A stretch of 54,647 bases of DNA from Asterionella formosa (lineage: Eukaryota), in assembly GCA_002256025.1 (NCBI GenBank), contig NKIB01013620.1, positions 1-54,647 of the forward strand, given 5' to 3'. Positions within the stretch are counted from its first letter, which is position 1. Every line of letters begins with the position of its first letter. This document shows, piece after piece, positions 1 through 11,463 of the stretch. The notes under the pieces are model-generated. The model had not been told where the DNA came from. It was given only the letters and a program-made list of their open reading frames with translations, and searched no databases. Both the position numbers and the translations under genes were made by a program.

Positions 1-74
1 AAAAGAGAGAGAGTATAAGTGTGAGTTCTTGTAAGTGAATACCACAAATTCAAACCCAAAGCAGGTATTCTTAC

Positions 75-1343
75 CAAGGATGAGGGTCTCATATCCCACA
101 CACATGAGATGCCAGCGGAGGTCCAGACTAGCAGAAAGGGCAGGGGCACTAAAGACTCGTAATACAAAGAGGAACATAGCATCGCCAAAAAAGGCACCTG
201 TCCACATCATTTTGGCCTTGATTGTGCCACTTCCGTCACTTCCCAAGCGGATAAAAAAGCAAGATACAAACTTGTACATACACATGATTAAAATGTGCAT
301 GGCCATCCACTGAGCAATGTATTGATGCCCAACATACAATGATGCGGCTACACCTTGGTCCGCAGCTTCCTCACTTCCTTCAGGAGGAGAATGGAAAAAT
401 GCTCCGGTCCATTCCAAGTAGATGGCATCACGCGGAGGGAACGGCAAAATGAAGCCAGGGAAGAAAAAATCTCTTCCGGCAATTACGGAGATGACACCAG
501 ACACAACCATGACTGTGCGGGCCACAATTCTGCTGGGGATGGATTTCTCTGTTTTTCCCTCTGTCATCGCGATAGCAGGACCCCGAGACCTGCCTTTGTG
601 CCCAACCAGGTAGAACAGAATGACTGCTGTTTCAAGCAAAAGGGCCCCCATCATAAGTCTGAATATCATTTCAGCACCAGCGTTCAGGAGATCATCCATG
701 TGATATCCCATGAAGACAAGCACAATAATGTTGGCAACTACGGAAGTAAGTAGTAGAGGACGGAAATGGCCGCACTTCCATTGTGCACCATAAGGATGGA
801 ACAAGATTGGAATAAGAGTCTGCAAGTGAGTACCCATCAATGCAAGCCCAGCAACTTTGCGCACAAAGAATCCTCCCATGTCATTGTCGTCGGTCGTCAC
901 TGACTGAACAGCACTGAATCCTCCCTGAGTCGACTTCCATCCCTTGAGATCTTCGAACCATTCCATCGACTTGGTAAATTCCTGCAAGGGGGAGACAGCA
1001 GCCGTGAGTTGTCAGTGATGCCAAAACATGCACGGGTTTCTGACTGTACACCATTAAAATTTGAAACACCGGAACCAACAAATGAACATACCATGTATGC
1101 AGCATCAGACTCCCCAAGAATAATCTTTCCAGTGGCCAACAAGTCTCGCATGCCCAAAACGAACATTACACCAGAACACAATAGAATAGTTACCACAAGG
1201 GGAAACGGAGGAAGGTGGTCAGCCACAACAGCGGCTTTCTCCTGTGCTTTCCGACTTGCATCATCAGGCCCATCAATTTTGTCGTTCTTGCCCCTGCGAG
1301 GTTCCTTGACAGTAACCTTTCTTTCTTTGCGTTTAGCCGACAT
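75..1343 (-). CDS. Multi-pass membrane protein of unknown function, 3'-incomplete (exons 1343-1092 and 981-75; the next intron runs off the window start)
   Basis: ATG at 1343. GT donor at 1091 (ATG|GTATGT) and CAG acceptor at 982. Exon 2 reads open for ~300 codons (EFTKSMEWFEDLKGW...DLRWHLMCVGYETLIL) with several hydrophobic segments, then G|GTAAGA at 74 and a pyrimidine tract at the window edge. Exon 2 is absent from the ORF track. Confidence 0.8.
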
Positions 1344-1579
1344 GGTGAACAGAAAATCCGTTACGAATAAAATGACAACGTATTTTACACCGGTATACCA
1401 TCAGGGCGATGGATATTTGCTTTTATTCCTAACGCAGAACCCTGCCAGGTACCTAGTTAGTTAGTACGATATTCTACGGCTCCCCACCGATCAAATTTCA
1501 AATGCATTGGCGTTTCAATGCTGTTAATTAATGTTATGGACGGTTTTACTGGAATCCTTCTCAAGAAACAAGACTTTGA

Positions 1580-1691
1580 GGAATCGTTCGACTAAAAGAA
1601 TTATTCTACCGGACTTCTACATATGTACCCCCTTTTACAGAAAATATGTCCACATGGGCGCGGAATCGTTCGACTACAAGAATTATTCTAC
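1580..1691. repeat. 30-bp direct repeat (1580-1609, 1662-1691) in a divergent promoter
   Basis: GGAATCGTTCGACTA[A/C]AAGAATTATTCTAC occurs twice, with one mismatch. Confidence 0.9.
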
Positions 1692-2304
1692 GTTCGCATA
1701 TGCACCTCTGTTACAGTACCTGGTACCTGGTACCGGTACCTCGTACCGGGATGTGCATGGCCGCGGGGATGAATCAATCCTCAAGCAAAGCAATTAGCGA
1801 GGCGACGTGGCCAAAAGGACCCGAAAATAAGTGCGCACGTTGGTTCTGAAGCCAAAACAAGCTCTGGTCCTATCAACATCATATAAAGAAACCAAGCTTA
1901 CCAAACGTCGCAATAAGCAATTCAGCAATCGATTATCGTCCTGTAGCAACTGGAGCAGGAGGAAGGCGCCTCAATCATCAACAAAAGCATTTGATATCGA
2001 TTTATCGAGGTAAGCAAAAGAAAGAAGGAAAGGACACGGCGGAAATAGCGATGATAGTTTCCCATGGCCAGGATGTGAACTTACTGGCTGCTGGGGATGA
2101 CGAGGATCGAATAAAGAATCGCACTACTGCCCCCTTTCCGTATTATTCTACTTGCGATTGTTTTAGTGTTCTCATAAGTCTTTGTGGTAAAATGTAATTG
2201 GCCACTATCGCTTTGCCACGTCATACTAGGTGTATCATATGACAGGCACTAATGCAATTGAATTCTCGTTTTTTGCGGACGTTGCAGCGAAGCACAGCAA
2301 GCAA

Positions 2305-4116
2305 ATGGAAGACCAGAAAACAAATACAGAGGCAGTAGTGATAGACGTTGAAGAGAATAGAAGTCCCTCGGAAGATCCAGACGAGCTAGCCTTAAGTCCG
2401 CTATCAAGTGAACGAGACCAAGGATCTGACGATCAATTTCCTCGGAATTTAGCGAAGGGGAGGCCAAACAATTCATTAAGTGGCAGTGTTCATTCATGTG
2501 GTGTGAACGGAGGTGCAAGCGATCACAACTCAGACAATTCGGAACTAAACGGTCTCGACAACAGTTATTTCGGGTTCAATTTTGATACTGAAGAAGGAAT
2601 GATGAAATATTCAAATATGAACTCAGAGGAAGACCAAAAGAATGAATCTGAAAATGGGAGCATAGACGGTGACGTGGACAGCAATAACGGCAGCATTCAG
2701 CCTGACATGTCGCACGCTGAAGCTGCTGCAGCCGCTGTTGCAAATTTGCAATCAATTGTTAATTCGTTCAACTCTGATGGTACGTTGTCATTATGCTTTT
2801 TGCAGGTTAATGTTATGTTGAAGTGATGTTATTCATTTCCGTTTTGGTTCAAATCATGCTAACGCCCCTTTGTCATTTGTAGGGAGAAAGCGATCGGCAG
2901 ATTCACAACAATCTAATCAAATAGGAGAGGGTTCTGAGTATTCCGGTCCCACGTCTTCCGAGATGAGGTATGAGAATGAAATCTCTTTATCTACTGAGAT
3001 GAGCGATTCTGAAGACCGGCCGAGAAAGAGAGGCAAGAAACACCTTGACGAAAATAAGCGTGAAGAGCGAAACGCAAGAGAAAAAGAGAGAAGTTTCAGA
3101 ATCTCAAGACAGATCAATGAACTGAGGAACCTTTTGTCAACGGGAGGCGTAATTGTACCGAAAGGCACCAAGAGCTCTGTACTTACCGAAGCTGCGAATT
3201 ACATTCGTATTCTTCAACAGCACCAATACCGCTCTGAAATGTACGTCCTTTTTCAAATTTCCAATTCTACTCACATTAGTGGAAACTAACTATTCTATCA
3301 TTGCAGTGACCGGCATCAATTAGTTCAGCAGATGCAGATGATTGGAGGTGGAGCGCTAGGACCCAAAGCTGCACAGGCTGTACGACATGTTGCCGCGCAG
3401 AATGGTGTGTGGTCCTTAGGCAATTTCGGAGGAGTTCCTCCAAAGTCAGCAATGCAGTTCTACCAAGGCCCCGCCGTTACCAGTGGAACCCCCTCCCCAG
3501 AGCAAGCTACATCGCAACCACATGAAGTTGCGCACGATCCACTTTCGACCAAAATTGCCGAGCACGACTACCGTTTCGTTTTCAACTCCTGCTCTGTGGG
3601 AATGGTCAGTGCTGTCTTACTTTGTATGTACGTTTCTTGTATGCGCAACAATTTCTCTAACTTTCTCTCAAATTTGAAAAGGCGATTGCTTCTATGGGAG
3701 GAGCATTCATTGATTGCAACCAGTTATTCTGTTCGCTTTCAAACTTTTCAAAACAAGAAGTTTGCTCAATGACCATTTTCAACCTCACCAGCCGACAAGA
3801 CCTGCAGCATGCCTTTGACTTGATTAGTCAAATGATTTCTCCGCCTACTGAAGGAATGCCACGAGGGTCATCGAAGCCTTGTGTGCTCCGGGGTGCCATG
3901 AAAAGCCGAGAAGATATTGGGCTAAATGTTGCACTCATCAGGGGCGATGATGGAATAGCCAAGTGTTTTTGCGTAACTCTGATCCAGAATCCAGAATCTC
4001 CTTTTGATCAATCAAAACCAGTTCCAGCAACCCTGGACCTGGTCAACTCGTCAATTACAGCTCTGAAGAACGAAGAGGGCAACTTGAATTCATCCCCGGC
4101 ATACACAACAGGATGA
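2305..4116 (+). CDS. bHLH-PAS transcription factor (exons 2305-2779, 2883-3240, 3307-3604, 3682-4116)
   Basis: bHLH: KREERNAREKERSFRISRQINELRNLL...KSSVLTEAANYIRILQ. PAS-like: YRFVFNSCSVGM|AIASMGGAFIDCNQLFCSLSNFSKQEV. Three GT-AG introns keep the frame. The start codon is uncertain. Confidence 0.88.
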
Positions 4117-4599
4117 TTTCGCAGATCTGTACGCCCCGGAATCGGCATACCGTTAACGTGTGAGAGGCAGGAAGGGGCTCCGATAATGTGCCTTTTGCTG
4201 TCTATCGAATGTGGGAGAAGGCAATTTGTTAGAGCACTGAATATTACTACATGAGTTTTCCTTTTGGTTTGACGACACATGTCACGGGTGGCAAGCAACA
4301 CTATGTTCTACATGTGTTTGTGTTGAAATGACCTTTTACCTATCCTGAACCTACTTGTTGAATTAGATATGCTAGTCTAAGTGGTTAGTTTACAGTTCAC
4401 TTACAATCTGAAATGGATGAAGCTAGATGAGATGGTTCCCTTGTAGACTGATTTCCTTTCAGTGATGTAATGCTTTTTTCTGCTACGGTATATCAACCCA
4501 TTCACTGATTAATGGAGCAGCCTGTCGCAATTCAATCAATGGAATTTTCACCTTGGCACCAGACAAAGACTCTCATTTCATAGCACGAGAAGTCATGGA

Positions 4600-5094
4600 N
4601 NNNNNNNNNNNNNNNNNNNNNNNNNNNNNNNNNNNNNNNNNNNNNNNNNNNNNNNNNNNNNNNNNNNNNNNNNNNNNNNNNNNNNNNNNNNNNNNNNNNN
4701 NNNNNNNNNNNNNNNNNNNNNNNNNNNNNNNNNNNNNNNNNNNNNNNNNNNNNNNNNNNNNNNNNNNNNNNNNNNNNNNNNNNNNNNNNNNNNNNNNNNN
4801 NNNNNNNNNNNNNNNNNNNNNNNNNNNNNNNNNNNNNNNNNNNNNNNNNNNNNNNNNNNNNNNNNNNNNNNNNNNNNNNNNNNNNNNNNNNNNNNNNNNN
4901 NNNNNNNNNNNNNNNNNNNNNNNNNNNNNNNNNNNNNNNNNNNNNNNNNNNNNNNNNNNNNNNNNNNNNNNNNNNNNNNNNNNNNNNNNNNNNNNNNNNN
5001 NNNNNNNNNNNNNNNNNNNNNNNNNNNNNNNNNNNNNNNNNNNNNNNNNNNNNNNNNNNNNNNNNNNNNNNNNNNNNNNNNNNNNNNNNNNNNN
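4600..5094. other. Assembly gap (495 N)
   Basis: Run of N. Confidence 1.
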
Positions 5095-5450
5095 CGTTGT
5101 GGTATCTATGTGCGAACTAACGTCATCCCCTCTGATAGGGCCTCATCACGTAAGAGTATACTCGTCAATAACAAATTCATGCAGTGATGCATGCTCTATC
5201 AATTCTTTATGTATTTAGATTATATCGGTAGCTAATGGTGTAGAAGACTTACCAGTCAACGAGCGATGTGACACGTGTCCTGCAGTATCATTCTTCATCG
5301 ACAGCTTCAGTGTGCTCCTGTGAAATTGAATAAAAAATTTGAGACTTGAAATGTAACTTTGTTTAATGGAAAAGTGATTACTTTCAATCCTTGTTACAGA
5401 GTATGCCGACATCGCATCATCCGACTACTGTTCCTTCTAGCTGCGCAGCA

Positions 5451-6750
5451 CTACGAACGCATCTTTTGACAAATTTCGACCGCCCTGGAGAATTTATAGA
5501 GCGTGTTGACGAGGGCTGCTAACTCTACGCGATGTACTTGATTTAGGTCAGCTCCTTCGCCATTACTTCCAACGAGAAGCTGGAATGCCGTTGACAGACC
5601 CATAATTGCGATTTTCCCATGAAGCCGGCATTTGGTGCATTGAACACAGTTCATGATTCGTAGTAGCGCACGAGCTCGCATTCTCGCTTCCCAGAGTGCT
5701 TCCATGGAGTAGGAATCTTTGACGGCATGGTCGTGAAGCTTCTTAGATGCCATGCCTACCGCGGTGTCATCAAGCAGACCAGCTGCGAGAACAACACGAA
5801 GCTCGTCTGCAGCATCGGCTCCGATCTTTCCAGAGTCGCAATCTTGTTGCAAGCGAGTCCTTGCCTTGGAAGCGGCTGCAAGCAACAACATATAGCAAAA
5901 GTACAAGTTCTCCATAGCCAATGGCACCTCACCCCGTAGACCGAGGCGTCGCTCAAACTCTACTGTAGGATCTGTCCATGCCTCCTCATCAGAGAAGCCC
6001 TCGCCCCTTTCGATCTTGGCTTGAATCCCTCGTACTATCTGTGTCGAGATCATAGCGTGCAGACCTGATACTGCTTTGTTGAAGTCGGCCTTCCAATGAT
6101 CGTCGTCGTAGCCATATCCTTCAAAGGCGATTCTTTCGTGAATAAAGTTCCAAACCTAGGATCAGTCATAGCCAGTGTAGTCCTCCGGGAACTGAGTAGT
6201 ATCATAGTAGTCATCAGTGGGCATGTCCCATCGAGCCCAACCATCTAAATCAAATGCGTGCTCATTCTTATCCACGGCCTTGATGTTTGCAGGAACCTGA
6301 ATGAGGTGCCAGAAAGCAGGGGTACATGGGTAAGCAGCTGAAAGCTATGGAGCTTGCCTACAAACAGATCACAACCAATTTGTCACTTACTTCATCGTCG
6401 TCGACAGGATAAATCTCACAAGTCTCGCTGTAGCATTCAAAGAGCTCTTGCGGCATATATTCACAACTTGCCAACATGTCAACACTGTACAAACTGAACG
6501 AAGGTTGTTCGCGGAGTTTGTGTAAGTGCTTATAGAAATCATGATTCTGAGCATCAATGGCGGCAATTCCTGGTTGCAGATCTGGATTAGTTGATACGTG
6601 TGCAGCACTCAAAGAAATCTTTGAAAACGAAGGCTTTGGTCTGAGCTTCGCGGCTGTCATTTGGGTGAAACTTGGCGAGTGGAAAGCTTCCGTGGCCCCC
6701 ACATGGAGAACGGCAGCTATAAAGACATTGCAGCACCTTCTAATCTTCAT
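5451..6750 (-). CDS. ERO1: ERO1-like thiol oxidase with bipartite plastid-type presequence; interrupted as sequenced by two in-frame stops (exons 6750-6391 and 6296-5451)
   Basis: C-terminal IMNCVQCTKCRLHGK (ERO1 CxxCxxC), PEDYTGY and VSGLHAMIS motifs. GT-AG intron at 6390-6297. In-frame TGA at 6164-6162 and TAG at 6158-6156. Confidence 0.85.
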
Positions 6751-7109
6751 TTCAAAGCACAACTCTGTATGCCTGCAAGTTTGTACTCGATCGTAGCTAT
6801 GATGGGAACTGTTCTTGCCAATTAGAAACCAATAGCGGTACCGGTACCGGTGGTATGATTGGACATCGAAATATATCCAAATGACGATGGTGGTGTCAGT
6901 GTCTGCATGTGAGTGATTTTGTCGTGCGTGCGTTGCTTCTTTTGTTTTTGTTTTTAAGATGAATCATACGATTGAGATTTGCTTCCCGTCCGACCCCACG
7001 GCACAGCCAGGAGATGGTATTACCGGTACTACTTCTTGGTATAAGTACCTGGTAATCTTTGTATTGGTAGTCCGCTGGTACAAGATGCCACGCCCTCAAG
7101 AAAAGGATT

Positions 7110-9068
7110 ATGAAAGCAATCCCCACCCTAGCTATCGTCTTGCTTTTCGATGAGAACTGTGGGTGTCTAAGTAATTATTGGTTTCCTTTAAGTAATTTTT
7201 AATTTAGGGGCAATATGGGGCACAATGGATTTTTCGGCAGTCAATTTTAGGTTTGAGCAGCAGGGACCATCGAGCAACGTCAGCAGTAGAATTTTCATGG
7301 GAAGAAGTTTGGATACATCAAAATGCATGGACCTCCGAATATACCAGTACCGGTATATGCATGAAAAATAGTAGCACAAGAATGATTGTAACAAGCTTCG
7401 AAAATTCGATATGATGTTGTTAAGAAACCAAAGTATCAAACGGAAAACGAAAGGTAAGGCGAGAAAATAACAAGCAAGGAGTAGAATAAAAAGTGAAAAA
7501 GAATGAGTCAGTGGAAATATTGTGTGAAAATTTGTCAACGCATTTTAATCAAAAATTGTCAACTCACACTTTTTTGTCCTTGCAACGAAATTTCAGAAAT
7601 TTTCAGATTGGGCCTGGAGGAGCAGAAAGCGGTGCCTGAATGGACTTAGAGGCAGTTCTGGTTTCTGTATTGATTTGGACTTGCGATTGCGGAGGTGTTG
7701 GAGGAGCAACAGCTTGATAGTGGAGGTTTGGTGCTGGCAGTGCAGACTTCTGGTACTATCTGGCAGGAGGAGGAGCAGGATGGCTGCGTCGAAACTTTAC
7801 TGGCTGATGAGGGCGTTTGTGGCTTGGAAAATTGAGCAGGACAGGTTTGAGTAGGTTGATAGGGAGCAATGGAGTGATATGTTGTTGGTGCTGGCAAGAT
7901 ATGTTGCTGACATTGTTTGCAACCTGAAGACTTTGCAATCTTCGTGTGAGTTTCGATAAAAGTGGCTTGCTAGTGTTGGGAAACAGGAAAAGAATAATGG
8001 TAGTGTGTGTTTATTACAATTATAGTTAAATTTTAACAGCTGATCATGTCTGACGAAAATACTGGTTCAATGATGAGATGGAAGTCTAACTTTGACCTAC
8101 CATAATGTTTCAAGTTTTGATTCCCAAAGACTCATTGAGGTCGCTTCTGAACAATCATTAATTTATTTATCACTACATATCACATCTAGAGAAGGAGTTG
8201 ACCGGAAAGGCTATCGGAAATCAACGGAAAGGGGAACCGAAATTTTGGCACCACCATGATGAAGCAAGCAAAATGCAAAGATAAGAATCACATGAGAAGT
8301 CGAATTATCAAACAACCAGCAAGCCAGATCCATTTAATGAAGAGTCAGTACTACTTGAGACATCAATGACCAGATTTTGTATACATCGGAGCATGCTGGA
8401 AGATAGCAGTGATAGTGGAATTGCCAAAGACACTTAACAGAAACCATCATTTCGTGCCTTCATGTAGCTCCTCCTACTACTCTTGTCCAATTTCGGGAGT
8501 CGATCTTCCTTAAGTAAACGGCAGTTAATTGAGGGGCTATAGATATCAGTAATCAAAATTCCCTTAAATAAACGGCAGTCGATTTCCGCAATAAAATCTA
8601 GGGGCTATTGAAAATATTGAAGGTAGTTTGGCAGTCCAAAAGCGGAGCATATGAAATATCTAAAATCTGTTTTATATGATGGGCAATTGCAGGATTGAGT
8701 AATCCAAAAACTGTGCATATGAATATACAATATATTGTTTTATATGAAGAAGGGCAATTGGCTAGTTCGCATCCAACATACAAACTATCTAAAATAGGTT
8801 TTCAATGTTAACTGAAAGGGCAATGTAGTGGCGAAAAGTGCGCTGATAGCTTGTTTGTGAATGGCCTCGTACTAGTTAAGACCCTACTCAGGAGGAGTCT
8901 GCCTAGTACTCGTAATCTTGTGTACTTGGCTTGGGAGGCCTTGCTGGTTGACCTTCTCGAAGCGCCGGGGGCGCCACTTGTTTGGTCAACCTACTCACGC
9001 CTCCCAAGCCTCAAACACAAGAATACTTGCAGGCAGTCTCCATCCTCGGTTGTATCTTACCTTCAGTA
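7110..9068. mobile_element. Decayed long-TIR non-autonomous DNA element, copy A, with terminal rod hairpin (8878-9058)
   Basis: 7235-7570 matches 31530-31845 directly. 7110-7240 is the reverse complement of 33485-33585. 8845-9068 matches 33562-33777. No intact ORF. Confidence 0.65.
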
Positions 9069-9439
9069 CGGAGTGACACCAAGTCAAATGGTGATATGTG
9101 TCAAGAACAATGACGCTGCAGCACTGGTCCCTAACTGATCTTTTCATTTTTCGTTGGGAATCACTTCATTTGAAAATTTATCAGCAACAGTAACTCGATT
9201 TGAACTTTTCCATTGTCCATATAAAAATGTATCACTACTAATTTGTATGAAAGTGTATCATGGTGTAACACAGATCTTCAATGGCAACAGGCCAGCATAG
9301 ATCATTTGCGCATCTCTCCAGATAATATTAATGGTCAATCTTTTTTTTAAATATATATATAATATTGCTAATCATAAACCAGGCCACAATGATTACAGTT
9401 AATGTAGTGTTGAATGTATATAAAAGATTTAATTATATA

Positions 9440-10050
9440 CCGTATCCTTCATTGTCCTGGACCCCCCAATGTACACTGCCGTGACTGAATTTGACTGATT
9501 TTACTTAAGGGGGGGTCCAGGACAATGAATAGATTTCCCCAATACTGGACCTAAGTAGAATTCATGAGTTCTACAGGATCGCGCACATTTTTCTAATATG
9601 TATTAATATGACAATTATTTCTGTCTTCTGAAAAATGAGAGAGTTCTTCACCTCGCAAGAATTCGCGACTTCATGTTGTTACCGGCGGTCTCAATTTTCG
9701 TTGTCATTATGAGTGTTATTACTTTACTTCTTTTACGATTGTATTTTCCATGTCGTTCTTAATACAGGCAGCAATTAGCAAAGCATCGTTCTCTATTTTC
9801 GTGGAGATAATTCGTATTTTCGTCATGGTCAAGGTTGCGACAACATTATGAAGGATTCTCCAGCTGCTCACAACCACTACCTGTCTTCTCTTGTGTTTCG
9901 CAAAACCGTATCTAAATAAAAAAAATACTAGTGCCTACGAGGACAAAAGAATTTTAGCACCTTACTTTGTCTATGACAAGAAAATTATTGGGTGTTTGGT
10001 TCCACCTCAAGAAAAATTTACAGGGGGGTCCAGGACAATGAAGTATATGG
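9440..10050. mobile_element. pogo/Tc1-mariner-type MITE with TA target duplication
   Basis: TA|CCGTATCCTTCATTGTCCTGGACCCCCC ... GGGGGGTCCAGGACAATGAAGTATATGG|TA, a 28-bp TIR with 2 mismatches. A CCGTA terminus with a TA TSD is typical of pogo-like elements. An extra internal TIR copy lies at 9509-9530. Confidence 0.8.
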
Positions 10051-10239
10051 TACAAGTGTCAACAAGGGTTCCCTGGTTTATAGGTGGTACTACTTTATAC
10101 TTTTTGAAGTGACATTATAATATAGTGGAAGAAGAAAATTTTATAGTACGTTTTATTGAACCTCAACAAATCTAATAGAGTTTGTGAAGTTGCACTAGGG
10201 CCCAAATGTGCCTCAAAGGAATTTCGAGTGAGGGCGAGT

Positions 10240-10690
10240 CCACTGAGGGACTCTAAGTAGGGGTTGCAGTTTTGAGGTAAAACAACTGTAGAGATGGTGA
10301 GCGAGAACAAGGAGCACATTATGAGGCTCCTAGTGTTTTGGAATCATGTGTAGAACAGTGTAGGTATTGGACAGCAGAGTGGAAGGCCAGCAATCAAGAA
10401 ATGGAAAGCAAATTTGAAAATTGCAAGGCCAAAGTGGGATTTTTTTAAGTAGTACTAAGAGTCCAAGAATTCAATAAGCGATGAGGAATGTAGGCTGAGG
10501 AATACATGATAAGAGAGCAAGGGTGAAGGGTCTTGGCTAGGAGAAACAACCGTAGAGATAGAGTGTGAGGAGCACAGTACAGGACTATTTAAAAGGTTTT
10601 GGAATGTTTTCGAACAATCAAGGAGACAGAGATCAGAGAAGCAAGAACAAGGCCAATCAAGATGTAGAGTCCAATTTAAACTTCTTGGTC
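10240..10690. repeat. Degenerate ~264-bp tandem duplication
   Basis: AAACAAC[T/C]GTAGAGAT...AGGAGCACA...GTTTTGGAAT...CAATCAAGA...CAAATTT occurs at ~10280 and ~10544. Confidence 0.65.
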
Positions 10691-11463
10691 ACTTGGAACA
10701 ATTGTGAACTGAGAATCCTGGGCAATTTCCAGAATTAGTGTTGCGATTTAGGATAATTTGATGTATTTGGAAGATTAGCGGTGAGGGAATAGGGAGCGTC
10801 ATATAAGGGATGTGAAGAGGGGCGATTAAGGGTGTGACGCTTGACGTCTGCGCCAGGGCAAGCTTGATCTAGTTGAGTCTTGAGTGTTTCTGGCTGTTGT
10901 TTGGAGCATAGGGAAGGTGAGATGGTGAAATCTTCGACATCCACAGGAAAGTCGCTTTCAGGCGGGGCACAGGGGGGAGCAGTGCTGGCGAAACGCGCCA
11001 TTGCGGAGCAGCATAGAAGCGGCCGTAGGCCGATTACTATAATAATTCAATTGATATTAGTCAGGTAACCCTTAAGTTTAAAGTTGCGTTATTGAAAAAG
11101 TAGTGACATTATAATATATATATATATATATTGAATTAAATGAATCAAAAGGTGCCGAAATCAGAATTCGAAAAAAATCAGCACCATGACTAAAACTCAT
11201 AATTCTATAAAAAAATTTAGGAATGATTGGAATCAACCATTGGTTATATCTACAATCTATTTGGTCCCTGCTGTTTTTTTCCAGAGATACAGAAATCAAG
11301 AATAGAAAGCTTAAGGACACAATTTCAACAGACTTTATAGAATTAGCCGGCCAAGAAGCGCCATAAGACAAGAAACAACATCAGGCAGACTGTGGAGAGT
11401 CCGAAGACAAGAATTGAGTGAACCTGAATACTCAGAGTCTGAAGAACTCGAAAAATGCGCAAA

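Noticed and set aside
35..753. Plus-strand ORFs 35-313, 355-753 and 422-613
   Set aside because: Antisense shadows of the real minus-strand exon 981-75.
4553..5218. 221-aa ORF in the track
   Set aside because: Artefact of translating through the N gap.
6156..6164. Selenocysteine/pyrrolysine or a reassigned genetic code as the explanation for the ERO1 stops
   Set aside because: The expected residues are Gly and Glu rather than Cys or Lys, no SECIS was recognised, and other genes in the window end normally at TGA, TAG and TAA.
11040..11075. Primer-binding site and LTR end for the Copia relic (TTCA-ATTGATATTAGTCAGG)
   Set aside because: Only loosely similar to TGGTATCAGAGC, and there is no second LTR in the window to confirm it.
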